A DNA stretch of 64,000 nucleotides from Lingula anatina. Lineage: Eukaryota > Animalia > Brachiopoda. Both the position numbers and the translations under genes were made by a program. Positions 25,732 through 38,179 of the stretch are shown piece after piece (position 1 is the first letter of the stretch; each line of letters starts with the position of its first letter). Below the pieces are notes generated by a model that saw only the letters and a list, made by a program, of their open reading frames with translations, searched no databases and was not told the origin of the DNA. Where the stretch lies: assembly GCA_051362555.1 (NCBI GenBank), contig CM120640.1:6696001-6760000 (forward strand), read 5' to 3'.

Positions 25732-27027
25732 ATGAAGCCGCTGTATGCCGTTTTAACAGTTTTCTTGTCCGTGTCTGCTGCGCAAGGTTTTTTCATTGTA
25801 TATGATGGCAGGGCAAATGTGATGACTTACAATGACTCCGGAGAGATCACTGCGAAACAAGAAAAAGACGAATGCTTGGCTTTCGCAGACGTCGTTTGTC
25901 CGGCTGAAGATGTCTGTTATGCCGTGACTAAAGAACAAAAAACTGCAAAACCCGAATGTGTTAATGCAAGCGTTCATTATTCTAACAACAATTTTGAAAC
26001 TTCCGACGTGTTGTCGTCGGCAAGTTCATTTCTAAAAAACAACCTCCAGGAGCGACGAATTGACTGTGGCGAAAAAGGTACGTGTGGCCTCGTAGAGGGC
26101 CCCAATACTTTACTTATCACTACGAATGGTTGGGAGACGGTTAAGATGGTGGATCCACCAAGCATAAGTCCTACCAGCAATCTGGTAGACGTAGCCGTCA
26201 CGTGTAACAACAGAATTTTGTTGATAGGCAGTGATGGGCAAGTTTCAATCGTAAGCGAACTACACAGTCCAAAACCTATCGTTACGCCAATAAAACAGCC
26301 TTTGAAGAACGCAAATCCAAGAATGAAACTGAAAGAGATTTCTTGCTCGGGATGCCTTTGTGTTGTGATTGGAGAAAACGGTCTATTTTTCTCTAAGGAT
26401 GGAGGTGAGACATGGAGCAAAAATTCTAGCTTCACTTCGGCCAGGAATTCGGACGTGGCACCTTGTATCATTGGCCCAGCCTGTTGGTTTAAGAACCCAA
26501 CTTGGTCCAGCGTATCATGTATAAACGAGACTTTCTGCGTCGCCGTGGCATCCCGTCCCTCGTCTCTAGGCCCTGAGAGAGGCGACAGCGTCAGTTTTTC
26601 TCACGTGCCAGGCGGCGTGTGCTGGAGTTCAGACGCAGCTGAAACATGGTCTTGTGGAAACTATATGCCTAACCCGCGAGAACCGGAGCTCGTTTACATG
26701 GATTCCGTGCACTGTAACGGTGAAACGGGAAATTGTCTTACTGCTGCTAGCTTTCCTCGTCGACGACAACGCCAAAGATTGCTGCATTTTAGCTGGCCCA
26801 GTGCTGACACACTGAAAGTCAGAGTTCTTAAAAATGAGTTCAGTGTAGACAGGGATGCGGTCTACAGGGTGTCGGGATTGTCTGTGGCACCAGCTGAAAA
26901 CAAAGGAACCGAGAACATAGTGGTTTCTGGAAACGTCGGAGAAAATGGAGCAAACAGCTTCTATGGTTCACACACCTTGCCTCTTTTGTTATCTTTTATA
27001 TTTGGCACTAAATTGGCCGTGTGCTGA
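25732..27027 (+). CDS. Intronless secreted, probably GPI-anchored, Cys-rich Asp-box (BNR/YCF48-like) beta-propeller protein; uncharacterised
   Basis: 431-aa ORF. Signal peptide MKPLYAVLTVFLSVSAAQG. Asp-boxes FSKDGGETWS and WSSDAAETWS, with degenerate TTNGWETV and SNNNFETS. Repeated hydrophobic-x-C-x(2-6)-C blade motifs. Hydrophobic C-terminal tail after NGANS. AATAAA at ~27229. Confidence 0.8.
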   Translation: MKPLYAVLTVFLSVSAAQGFFIVYDGRANVMTYNDSGEITAKQEKDECLAFADVVCPAEDVCYAVTKEQKTAKPECVNASVHYSNNNFETSDVLSSASSFLKNNLQERRIDCGEKGTCGLVEGPNTLLITTNGWETVKMVDPPSISPTSNLVDVAVTCNNRILLIGSDGQVSIVSELHSPKPIVTPIKQPLKNANPRMKLKEISCSGCLCVVIGENGLFFSKDGGETWSKNSSFTSARNSDVAPCIIGPACWFKNPTWSSVSCINETFCVAVASRPSSLGPERGDSVSFSHVPGGVCWSSDAAETWSCGNYMPNPREPELVYMDSVHCNGETGNCLTAASFPRRRQRQRLLHFSWPSADTLKVRVLKNEFSVDRDAVYRVSGLSVAPAENKGTENIVVSGNVGENGANSFYGSHTLPLLLSFIFGTKLAVC

Positions 27028-28048
27028 TCATTCTGGAATTAAACGTTTTCTCTCTCAATCAACTATACGCCAAAGATACAATAGTAATTTTTTACTGAAG
27101 CAAACTGGAGGGTTTTGTAAAGTGTAAATTCGTGTTTTAAAGATATTGCATAGATTTATTTGTGAGACATTACTCTACATACAATTTTATACAGCTTTTA
27201 TTGTAACTGATGTTATGGAACTTATTGTAATAAATGACCACTAAAAGGGGTCTAAAAGAGTGGAATATCATTAGTTTTGATAATACAGACAAGATACCGC
27301 ATAATCATTTTCATGTTTATATCGTTAAAGAAATTCCGTCTTTTAGTAGACAACCGCGGTAAACTCTTCACACACAGAATTGCCAGGGGACCCATAAGTA
27401 CGAGCATATTCCAAAAATATTGATCCGACCACAATTTGTCATCTCTGCAAAGGGGCTTAGACAGTTTTGCCAGGGAAATCAATGATTGCTCGAAGTGGTC
27501 GGTCTGACGCTTCAGTTTGATACAGACAAAAAAAAAGACGCATGGGAATAGACTATAGCCTAGATCTACTGTGAAAACGAAAAACAAACACTATGACATG
27601 GCTCTTGTTTTAATAGCATCTCAGCAGATCGCGTAGATAGTTCAGACGTTTGATGAATAACACATTTTAGCTGAATTCATACGCTTCCCCTGAGAATCAC
27701 AAATACAGTTAGACGATCTTTACTGAGATACAAAGAATATTAGAAAATGCTTGAATAAAACCATAATTCTTACGTACACTTCGACTAGTTTTTCAGTTTA
27801 CAATGTTGAATCTGTTGACTCATCAAATGTTACGAGCTATGTACAGGCCCGACAAAGTGAAATGAAAAAGTTATTAGCAGTAAAAGAAGGGTATTCTGAC
27901 TCACAGGATACCTAATGTTTGGTAAAAAAAATCATCAGGTCACATTGTCTTGCATGAATCATTCAACATGACCACGTCACACGATTTTCGATCACTTGTA
28001 ATTAGTAAACATTTAGAGTTTAGAGCACGGAAAATTTGGTATAATGCA

Positions 28049-31000
28049 TCATGCTTCATCAAGCGGCGGCCATAGTTCCTTGAGATCCGGATGCCGAACC
28101 TTGGGTATCCACTCTGCATAGGCGTACAACAGAACTGAAAATTGAAGAATTTATATTCAGGCATTTTTTTCTCTTGACAATCATTAGCAGTAAAATTCAT
28201 TCTGTGTTATACTCTTGAAATTAATATACACATAAAAGAAACACTATGACTTCAAATGAACAGTTCTTTTTATCCATAATGCTAGCTGTAATCAGTTAAC
28301 CAAAGAGCAGAACTGCAAACTCACATTTGGGTTTTTTCTTCCAGGTTTTCAAAAGCGCTTCCTTGCAGTCCACGTTTTCTGCTATGAGAGCTTTTAATAG
28401 CGTTTCTGTCCTTGGTTGCAATCTAGAGTTACAAAATATCATAAGCAGTTTTCATCAAAAGCAGCATGGTTTCAATTTTACTGTACAATTTTACCTTTTT
28501 GGAGAATGAACTGACGTGTATCATAAACCCTTACAGCTACTACATAAGAATATATGAATACCAGGAAATTCTATGTCCAAAATACTTATATTGGGTTGAA
28601 ACTGTATATCCATGTAATATCTTTCAGGAAGTTTTAAAACATCCACCTACTTAGCCCAGCTTTTCACCATGGTTACAGGAGAAGACAGTAAAATTGGTGT
28701 AAACTGCTGCAGTTTAGGAACCACTTGACCCTCCAACACAGCCTTGGCAAACCATTTGAACTTGTCCAAGCCTGCAGGGTATTCTAACTCTACAGCTGGA
28801 AGTTGCCATGAGCAGCGCCCTAGAATGAACAATGTGGATTTCACTGTGACAGTTGTTATCTAAAACAACCTAGTGTTTTATCTTTGTATTTCATATATTT
28901 AGTCATCAGTTAAAGTAAAACTTCATGGTTTATCATGTTTCTAAACAATACATATTAGCCCCCCCCCCAAAAAAAAAAAAAAAATGACTGATTAAAATAA
29001 GCAATGCAAAAAAATGTAGCAAATATTTAATGATAAATAATACTGATCTGCAGTTGATCAACAAAATATGGTGACAATTTTCCCTACAAAGTGACTTAAA
29101 CCTGCTAAGTTCTACTTTAAGGTAAGTATACTCACCATACAAGGCAGTCATATGACACACTACTGTCCCCGTCTTGGCATTATATCTGGGTGGAGGATCC
29201 TCCAGAGGTTTAGAGAAGGTGCAATGCTGAGGAGCATAAGTTGACAACCATTCTGGCTCTATCACAGTTATACCTGGAGTTGACCGAAGTATAGTAAATC
29301 AGTAATAAAACAATAATTTGCAATCTTTCGGTATTTTCACAGAAAGCACTTTACCTCCATGTTTTCACTTTTGCTTCATACATATTCTTTTAACTATCTT
29401 TTCTGTAATTGCCATAAGGAAATGTTATTTTTTCAAAGGCATAAAATGGCAATTCCAAAGGAGTATATTCTTCAGTTATTCATCTAACGATACTTACCTT
29501 TCATGTATAGTTTAGATGTCTCTACTATCTCCTGATATAGGACATAGTCTGGTTTCTCTTTGTAAAGAACTGAGTGTGGATGAATAAACACATGATCTTC
29601 CAATGCCATACACTGAAAAAGTAAAACATAAAACAACATTGGTTAATATAAATGGAGATGTTTATGACTGACACATAGAAATTGGGTCAACTTCTTACCT
29701 AGTATTGAAAAAAGATGACCATGCATGATATGCTAGTTATCTGTTTGACTTACAAATAGGTTATGACATGAAGAAAAAAATTCCAACCTGATAAGAATTC
29801 TTTAGTTTCTTTTGTGACTCATCGGCCCCTGGTGGGGGATCTGGGACCCTTCTGAAATTATGATATGCACTAAGTTATTAACAATGTTTAGTATTGATTA
29901 ATTTTGTTACCCAGATGCAACCAGTTGTATTACTAGATAGTTTGGTACTCTTGCCAAATGACAATAGAATATTGCACCTCATTTAGACGGTCTTAAGTAT
30001 TACCTGTATCACATGTTACTCTTCCTTTCAACTGACAACATGAAATACTGAGTCAATAGAGCAACCAATGCTACCAGAAAGGGAGAGGGGGCTTACCTGG
30101 CTACTCTATCTGCTAGCCCAGCTAAAACTATTTGCCTGAGAAGCTTGGCTTGAAGGTCAGTAGGTGGCTGCATCTTTGGGTCCACAAATACATTGGCATC
30201 TGGTATCACACTGTTCACTGAAACCCAAAATTTGATAAAATGAGAAAAAGAGAAAGTATTAGAAAAAGACAGTAAATCTGTAGGCAATTGTAAGAAAGGC
30301 ATAAACAGGCAATGATACGATTGACTGTATGGCCATAAACCAAACAGCTAAAGAAGACATATATAATTTAGCAGAAAAATATTTAAGTACAGCTATAGCA
30401 AACAACTAGTTTCTGACCAAAAATGTAATATATAATTTATCATTTAGGTAGATTTATAAATAGTTAATATGTCTTTTGTGAGCTCTGGATAAATAAAACA
30501 ATTTCACATTAACAAATTTTGACAGACCTGTATTTGTGAGCTGTGCCCTAAGCTTCCTGACCTCCACCATTGCCTTATACCTGAGCCCATGTTTGTCACA
30601 GAATTGTGGGGAGCAGCCTATATACTCACAGGCACCCACAGCCTTCAGCAGAGCCATCAGGTCCCCCAGGAGTAAGGAGTGGCCCTGGTTAGTAAATAGT
30701 ACAATACAAAGTATTTATAAAAAAAAAAAAAAAAAAAAACTTCATAGCACAAATTTACAAATATATCCCTTGGTCTTTATTACAGTTGCCTGAAAACAGA
30801 AATTTGCTTTTGTCATTTTATCAAATTATTTGATTTTCAGTCAACAGTATGATGCCAAATGCCAATGAATTTGTTGACTCAAAGAAGCAGCCACCAAATA
30901 AATGAAGTTTAAGATGCTATTTACATGTAATATAAAATGGGTCAATTAAAGAGCAACTCATACTTACACTTCCTGCCCATGTCTTTCTTTGCTGCATAAT

Positions 31001-34000
31001 TCTAATTCTTTTCTGCTTAAATTCTTCTTTCTAAATAAAAAAAAAACATAATACATATTAACACAGGCAAACTATCCTATATCGAAACTTTCTGCAACTG
31101 ATACAGACTACAACTTATTTATCTACTTCAAGGCAAAGTATGTTAGTATTGCTTTAAGTTTTCAAAGGTGAAACGAAATTAATATCCTCCTCACCTCTTC
31201 TTCTGAATTGTGTGGTTTCTCATACTCAATGAACAGCTCTTGTACAGACAGAGCAGACACTATGGCTATGACATATGGCAGTAAATCATGCTGGTGTCCC
31301 AGTGACAACATCTTGCCATATCTAGGAGACACTGGAAAGCAAGCCATTGCTCGCCCCAGGGGAGAGATTCTGGAGCTGGAGTCTCCTGGAGTTGTACATG
31401 GGAAATGAAAACAAAAACCACTTTTTTAACATTTCTTAACTTCACCTTTTTAAAATTAATGAAACATCAAAAAAAAAAAAAAAAAAATTCTGAAAACCAA
31501 AACTAGATATATTTTTTATCAGCATATGCATAATAATCTGGTTGGAAAATGGCTTAAACTTACAGAATCGAGTGGATACAATGGTAATTGTTCAGATAAA
31601 TCTTAATATAAAAGAATCATACTAATATGCTGAATAAACAGCATGTTAATAAAACATATACCCCTACCTGGTTGCTTTTCCTTCTTTCCTGATGTCTTTT
31701 TTACTTCCTCCAGAGCACCTAAAGAAATCAGCAACTTTTCTGCAGCCTAAAAAGAGGAAATATTGAAGTCAATCATCATCATCAATGTGTTTGAGTGTGC
31801 ATGCATGTCAGTGCATGTGCTTGTGTGTGTGACAGTCATATTTTATTGTAACCCAATACAATGCCATTATAAATATCAAACAGGGATAATGAACAGAAAA
31901 TGTTTAACAAAGAGCGAACTTTTTTCTCATTTTTAATTTGCAGTCAGAGTGGTCTCCATACTCACCTTTAAGGCCTCCTCATCAGGGGGAGTTGGATAGG
32001 GAAAGTTGATCACTTTATCAATATTCATATCCTATAATTAATATACCAATTATTATTTCAACAAATCATTAACAAAACGCACAAGGACATGAAATGTTCT
32101 AATTATTGCACATATAATGGACAAAAGAACTTTAAGTATTTGATATACACTAATATAGACCAGTAACTACAATGTGTTGTGCCTAGTATCATGAAAATTA
32201 TATCAATCTGTAGGTAACCTGTAGCAATTCACAGCAGAAAAACTTTAAATATCCTTGTAAATTACCTTCATCTGTAAAATCAAGTCATCCACAGGTCTTC
32301 TAGTTATCTCAGGAGGGGAGAATTTTTCAAATTCATCATTAAATACTGCTGATGAATACAATCTGAAATGAGATAATTTCCTTTGCACATGCAGCAACAG
32401 ACATTAACCAGCATTTTCACACATATTGCAAGATTTCAAACAATTTGAAACATCTTTTTGTAAAATCCACTTTGAACAATATTACGAATCACAGTCAGAT
32501 TAAAAAAAAAAAAACAATTAAGCAGACTTTCTGTGAATAGCATTTTGACTAAAAATTTCATCTTTGATGTCTGGACCAGCTTCCAGCTGTCAATACCTGT
32601 AGCAGTGACCTGGCCCAGTGCGCCCTGCTCTTCCTGCCCTCTGATTGGCTGATGCTTTAGATGTCCAGGTGACTTTAAATGTGGACACACCTGTTACTTT
32701 GTCATAAAACTTTGTCTTCACCTAAAGGTGTGTATAGACCGGAGAATAATATTATTAGAAAAAGAAAAGGCTTTACATAATTTAGTATTTACAGACATCA
32801 CATGAAAGTTTAATAACTGTAGTCAATGAGTTTAAGATAAATTGTTCATCATATTCCCTATTAAACAAATATTATTAAGAAATCCAATCTTTACTGTTTT
32901 AATCGCAAACATATATATATGTCATATTATGATTCCTACCTTTCCAGTGTCCACCACATATCTGATGTTTGGTATTGTTAGAGAAGTTTCTGCCACATTT
33001 GTGGAGACAATACACAGCCTACAGCCTTCAGGTGGGGGGTTAAATACCTAGAGTTCATGATATCAAATGGCATTATGGCATTACATCAAGTATTGCAGAA
33101 TTAGTAAACTTACTCCACAGCGATTTGAAATTCATTTGAAGATAAAATAATGTAGATAATAGTGAATTAGTGCTGAAAATCAATAAAAACAATGATACCA
33201 TTAAAACTAATTAATTCCATGTCAATTTCATATGAAGAAAATTACTTGTAGATTGTACCTTTCTCTGTTTGTCTGCTGCCAGCAGTGAATACAGTGGAAG
33301 AACATACATTGGCTGCCCACCAGTCACATCTGCTTCAATCTCATCCTGAAAATTAATTCGAATTGTGGAGTAAAACCATACAATATAATTCCAAGTTTAT
33401 AACAAATGAAAACATGCAAAACTATTTATTATAATTGTCAGATCTAGTAAAATCAACATTATAATAGAGAAATATTTCTGAATTAATCTTAAAGAAACAC
33501 TTTCCTAAATAGCCGTTTTCAAAAATAACCAATGAAAGGTATCAAAGTCATACATACCATGTCTTCTTCATCCTCTGAGTTTTCTTCAGATTCTGACCCA
33601 TGAGTTACATGCATATCTGCCTCCTCATCCAATGGAAGAACTGAGTAGCTAAAACAATAATAATCTTATATTTAACTGACCACATAAATATTATGTTTAT
33701 TACATGAGAAAGGACACAGACAATGTTTACAAATTCAGATCAACATAAACAAGCACAGGAACATAAGGCTTGATCATAGCTGTTACAGTTACGGTACTTA
33801 AAATCACAATTGTAAATAACCTTACTTGTCCAAATCAATTTTAGGCAGTGGAGCTTTACTTTCACTGTTTTGTTTCTTCCGTCCCCTCCTTCCTTTTTTC
33901 ATAGAATTTGGGGCAATTCCCTCTTCCTTTTCCTCCAAGGAGTCACCTTAATCAAAATACATACATATCAATTAAAATTCTACTCATAATTCAATTGATT

Positions 34001-37000
34001 TACTTTTTCATCAACAAATACAAAATTTGTCTTATTATTCATTGTTCATATCCTCTCGAGGATTATAGCTCTATCAAATACCACAATTAAAAAAAAATCA
34101 TATACCTGTATTTTGAGTTGCGGGGAACATCTTTCTGAGTTTCTTGCACAGTGTGTGCACTTCTTGTTGCCCTGTTACAAACACTAGAATCCCTCCTTCT
34201 GGGAGCATGCGGTGAATCTTGCAGATCTTATTTTCATAAAATAAATACTTAAATCAGGCACCAACTGCTGACTTTGCACTATGTTGTTTCTTACATTTTC
34301 ATTTTCTATTTTGTCTTAAAATGCATTTCAATGTATATATTCTATTCTTTGCAAATCAAGACATATAGGTGAACTTTACCAGTTACACTCAAAACTTAGC
34401 AAATGTAATTATGTGAACTCAAAGATTTAAAACCATACCTTTCTAAATGTTTCTCCCAGGTAATCATCAGGAGTTCTCTTATTAAAATGAATACTAACTG
34501 GAAATTGTCTGGAATCGACCTGCAATGTCAGTATAACAAGTACACATACATATGTGATGTTATAAAACACAAAAAATTATAAAATTAAGATGAAAAAGCA
34601 ACAAAACAGGGCATAGAATAAGGTTTTCTATTTTACTTTAACCAAGATAATAATATTTACAGAAAACTTTCAATATTTACCTTGATTACTGGTGGAGTTT
34701 CTCTGAAAAGTCTTTGGTTTTCAGTGAAGTCCTCCACTCTTAATGTAGCAGACATTATGACCAACTTCAATGGATTCCCTTTCTGAAAATTGAATTATTG
34801 TGGGGTATCAGATTTGAATGTACAAGTTTGGACTAACAAATATATGAAAACCGTCAGTGAATCTGAATAAACAATAATATCCATCAAGTCAGCCAGCCAT
34901 TGTCACTATATGATACTGCACCTGTTACAATTTCCAACAAACAGACTTTACACAAAGATAACATCAAACATTGTTAGAGTACCTTATGTCTTAGTGGCAC
35001 TATCCTGGAGAGAAGTCCAATCAGTATGTCAGTGTACACACTTCTCTCATGAGCTTCATCTATTATAATCACAGAATACTTGGTCAGCAAAAAATCCTAA
35101 TAACAGAGAAAAATTGTCTCCTAAGATTTACACATCTCAAAGCATTCATAACCACAGTTTTTCCTTAATATCAAGTATTTAAAGAAGTAATTCTAATGGA
35201 ATCTCAAGCTAATTTCTATTTAATATATTCATTTTGTTTTATTTTTTCCTTAAAACTAACCTTCTGAACTTCTTTCAGAAGCACCCCATCTGTCATAAAT
35301 TTGATTTTTGTATCGTCTGTAACATTGCCTTCATATCTGATCTGATATGAAACCATCCTAAAAACAGAATTTAAAAGACATAAAACAATCTTATATTTAT
35401 AAATTATCACAATGTAAATTCCTCACATGGAATGCTCTTAAAAATAATCAAGCAACCACAGGTGTCTGTGCATGGGTTCAGGCATAAGAAATTTACCAAA
35501 CACCCTTTTCAGATCTTGATTCAACTTATTTTTGTTATGTCACAAACCTTGATGACAAATTCATTTCTTCAGCAACTCTGTAGGACATACTAATGGCTGC
35601 CACACGCCTTGGCTCGGTTACTCCAATAATACCAGTACCACTAAATTAATCAAGGAAAGTCAGAGTTATTTCTTAAATGGGAAATAAAGCTATTATTTAC
35701 TCAATAAAGCTGTAACATAGAACAATATTTATAAACGTTCTGAAGTTTTTAAAATCATATTATTTTTTGCAACAAACTTTCTGAAAAGCAATAAATATGT
35801 GTGCATGTGTAGAAAAGTGCTGTACTGAATAACAAAAAAAAAAAAAATGATCTTTTTTGGAAAACAGAACTGCATCAAACTCACTGTGCAAAACCAGCTT
35901 CATAGAGAAATTGAGGAACCTGTGTGGTTTTCCCAGACCCTGTCTCACCACACAGTATCACTACAGGACTGTCATGGATTGCCTCCATTATAGACTGTTC
36001 TTCTGACAATATGGGAAGTTTTAGTCTGGCAGCCTGAAATCATTTAGTTAAAGATCCACATCAAATATGACAATGGTGTTAAACTTGCAACTTAGTAAAG
36101 GATACTTTGCAAATTTTCACCTTTTAATTGCAACTTAGTATTATTTGTGATGTTATTTGTGAATGTCAAGAAATTTTTAATTAAAATAGCAAGCATCAAA
36201 CATAGTTTCCCTCTCACAAGCATATTCATTTCAAGGCCCATTCAAGATATGACTGTTACAAAATTTCAAGCATTTACTAAAAATCACTTTGCGTATTCAC
36301 CTGCACTGTTGGTTTCCTATCCAATGGGATGTTAACAGCAGGTTTACTGTCAACATGTTCATTTTCTTTTACTTTAGCAGTATCTTTTTTCACTTCCTTC
36401 TTTTCAATTTCTTTAATGCTATTTGCAGATTCCTTAACACAAGTCACTGCTTCAGTGTTAGCACTTTGAATCTGTTGGTCACTTGGATCAGATTTTTCTG
36501 TTTCCTCAGTTACAATGCATACAGAATTTATAGTTTTCTGTATATCTTCTTCATCAGAGGAAACTTCTGAAGTGTCTGTATCACTGCTTTCAGTTTCATT
36601 TTGTGTCACATTTTGTTTATCAACTGACAATTTCTGTTTTTTCTTATTACTCCCACCAATAGCATTCACTTTAAGTTTGACCACACCAGATGAATCCTGC
36701 TCAATATCTAGTAACCTTAAATAGAGAAATAATATCACATCAATTTAAATATTTTTCTTAATTTGCAGTCTTTGAGTCCTACTAATGTAAGAGGCTGCCA
36801 TTATTTAAAATGCACTAGACTTGAGAAGTTGACATGCCTTTCATCCATCAATCATAAAACTGTCCAATATTCTGCATTACATTATATTACCTTTTTGGTC
36901 TTTTAGTTTGAGCTTCTGCTAGTGAAGTAAGTAAAGACATTTCTTCTTGAGAAGCTTGAACTTCAGACAAAGATGCAAGCAGATCTGCCCTCTGAAAATG

Positions 37001-37839
37001 TTAAGCAACACCAATGTAGTACACAGCTTTCAATATTGAATAAAGCTTCTGATTGTAAATTACACATTATTTAAGATCTAATGACTTCAAAAACATATAA
37101 AGACAAAAGCATCATCATTTCACTACAATGAGCCTTCAGTAAGAAAATACTCGATACTTTTTAAGTTAAATGTCAAATCACACAAGAAACATCAAAACTG
37201 AAGAAATCACCTTGGCTTTCTTTTCTTTTAACTGTACAATTTTCTCCAGGTGCTTTCTCTGCTTTTTGCTCAGCTTCCTAATTGTGGCATCTTTCTGTTG
37301 CACTTTCTTTGTTGTACGTTTCTTTGATGGCAGAGTCAATGGGTTGCTCTCATCATATCCTTCAGACCTCACATCTTCAAGATCTACTTGAAGCTGCACC
37401 TTAAATATATGATATTCATGAATTGATCAAGCACACATTATGCTTCAGTGAAATCATACACCCACTGGAGACTGCCATTGGTGGACTTACTTGAATGGAT
37501 TGCCTGATCGTGACCGGAGTAAACTGGAGTACTTTATATATTTAATTTATGGTTGTTGATTGAAGAACAGTACAAACCTCAACCTTTCTATCGTTTTACC
37601 CTTTCTGTTGTTTTGATATCGTATGTAATGTGGAAATATAGTGGTCAAAATGAACCTGGCATTTACTAAACGGTAATATCAAAAGTAAATTCTGTTCAAC
37701 AGTTACAATGAAATTTGACCAAAAAATCCAAACTTGAATGTTCCCCAATTTGCTCTACCTTCTGTTCTTCCGTATGGTCGACAACGACTTCACTTTGCTG
37801 TCTAGCTTTCCAGTTGTGCTTTTTCCTAAGCCGACCCAT
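28049..37839 (-). CDS. DHX37: DEAH-box RNA helicase DHX37 (Dhr1/kurz; SSU processome)
   Basis: Starts [14 protein letters not shown]. Motifs: [11 protein letters not shown], Walker [20 protein letters not shown] (~35.9 kb), [32 protein letters not shown] (~35.05 kb), [36 protein letters not shown] and HA2 [14 protein letters not shown]. Last exon 28049-~28134 gives [28 protein letters not shown]. About 28-30 exons. Confidence 0.95.
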
Positions 37840-38179
37840 AGTTGTAATTCCTGCTAGGTTATCTTTGCTAAAACCAGATTGGTTTCTTCTCTTTAAGGTT
37901 TGAAATTAAATATCCATCTCAAACATCAACAACGTACACGTGCGACCTAAGCGCATTGTATATATACAGGAAGTGCTTTCGCCCATAAAAATAAAGTAGT
38001 TCTCAGAAGTTGTTAAGAATATCTTTTTGAATAACATTTTTATTACGACATTATTTCTTATTGTCAATAAGAAAAACAGCTAACTGTGTATTCTTGCAAC
38101 AGATTGGTTACTTAGCTTTGCTAGAGTTTTAATGACATTTTTTTTTTAAATTATTGCGCTCCGAATCAATCCTTGAAGT
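37840..38179. promoter_or_regulatory. Bidirectional promoter DHX37/VPS53
   Basis: 340 bp between the divergent ATGs. ETS-type CAGGAAGTG at 37967-37975. E-box CACGTG at ~37937. Local CpG cluster. Confidence 0.65.

Noticed and set aside
25753-26471. Minus-strand ORFs of 74 and 164 aa
   Set aside because: They are antisense shadows of the 431-aa gene.
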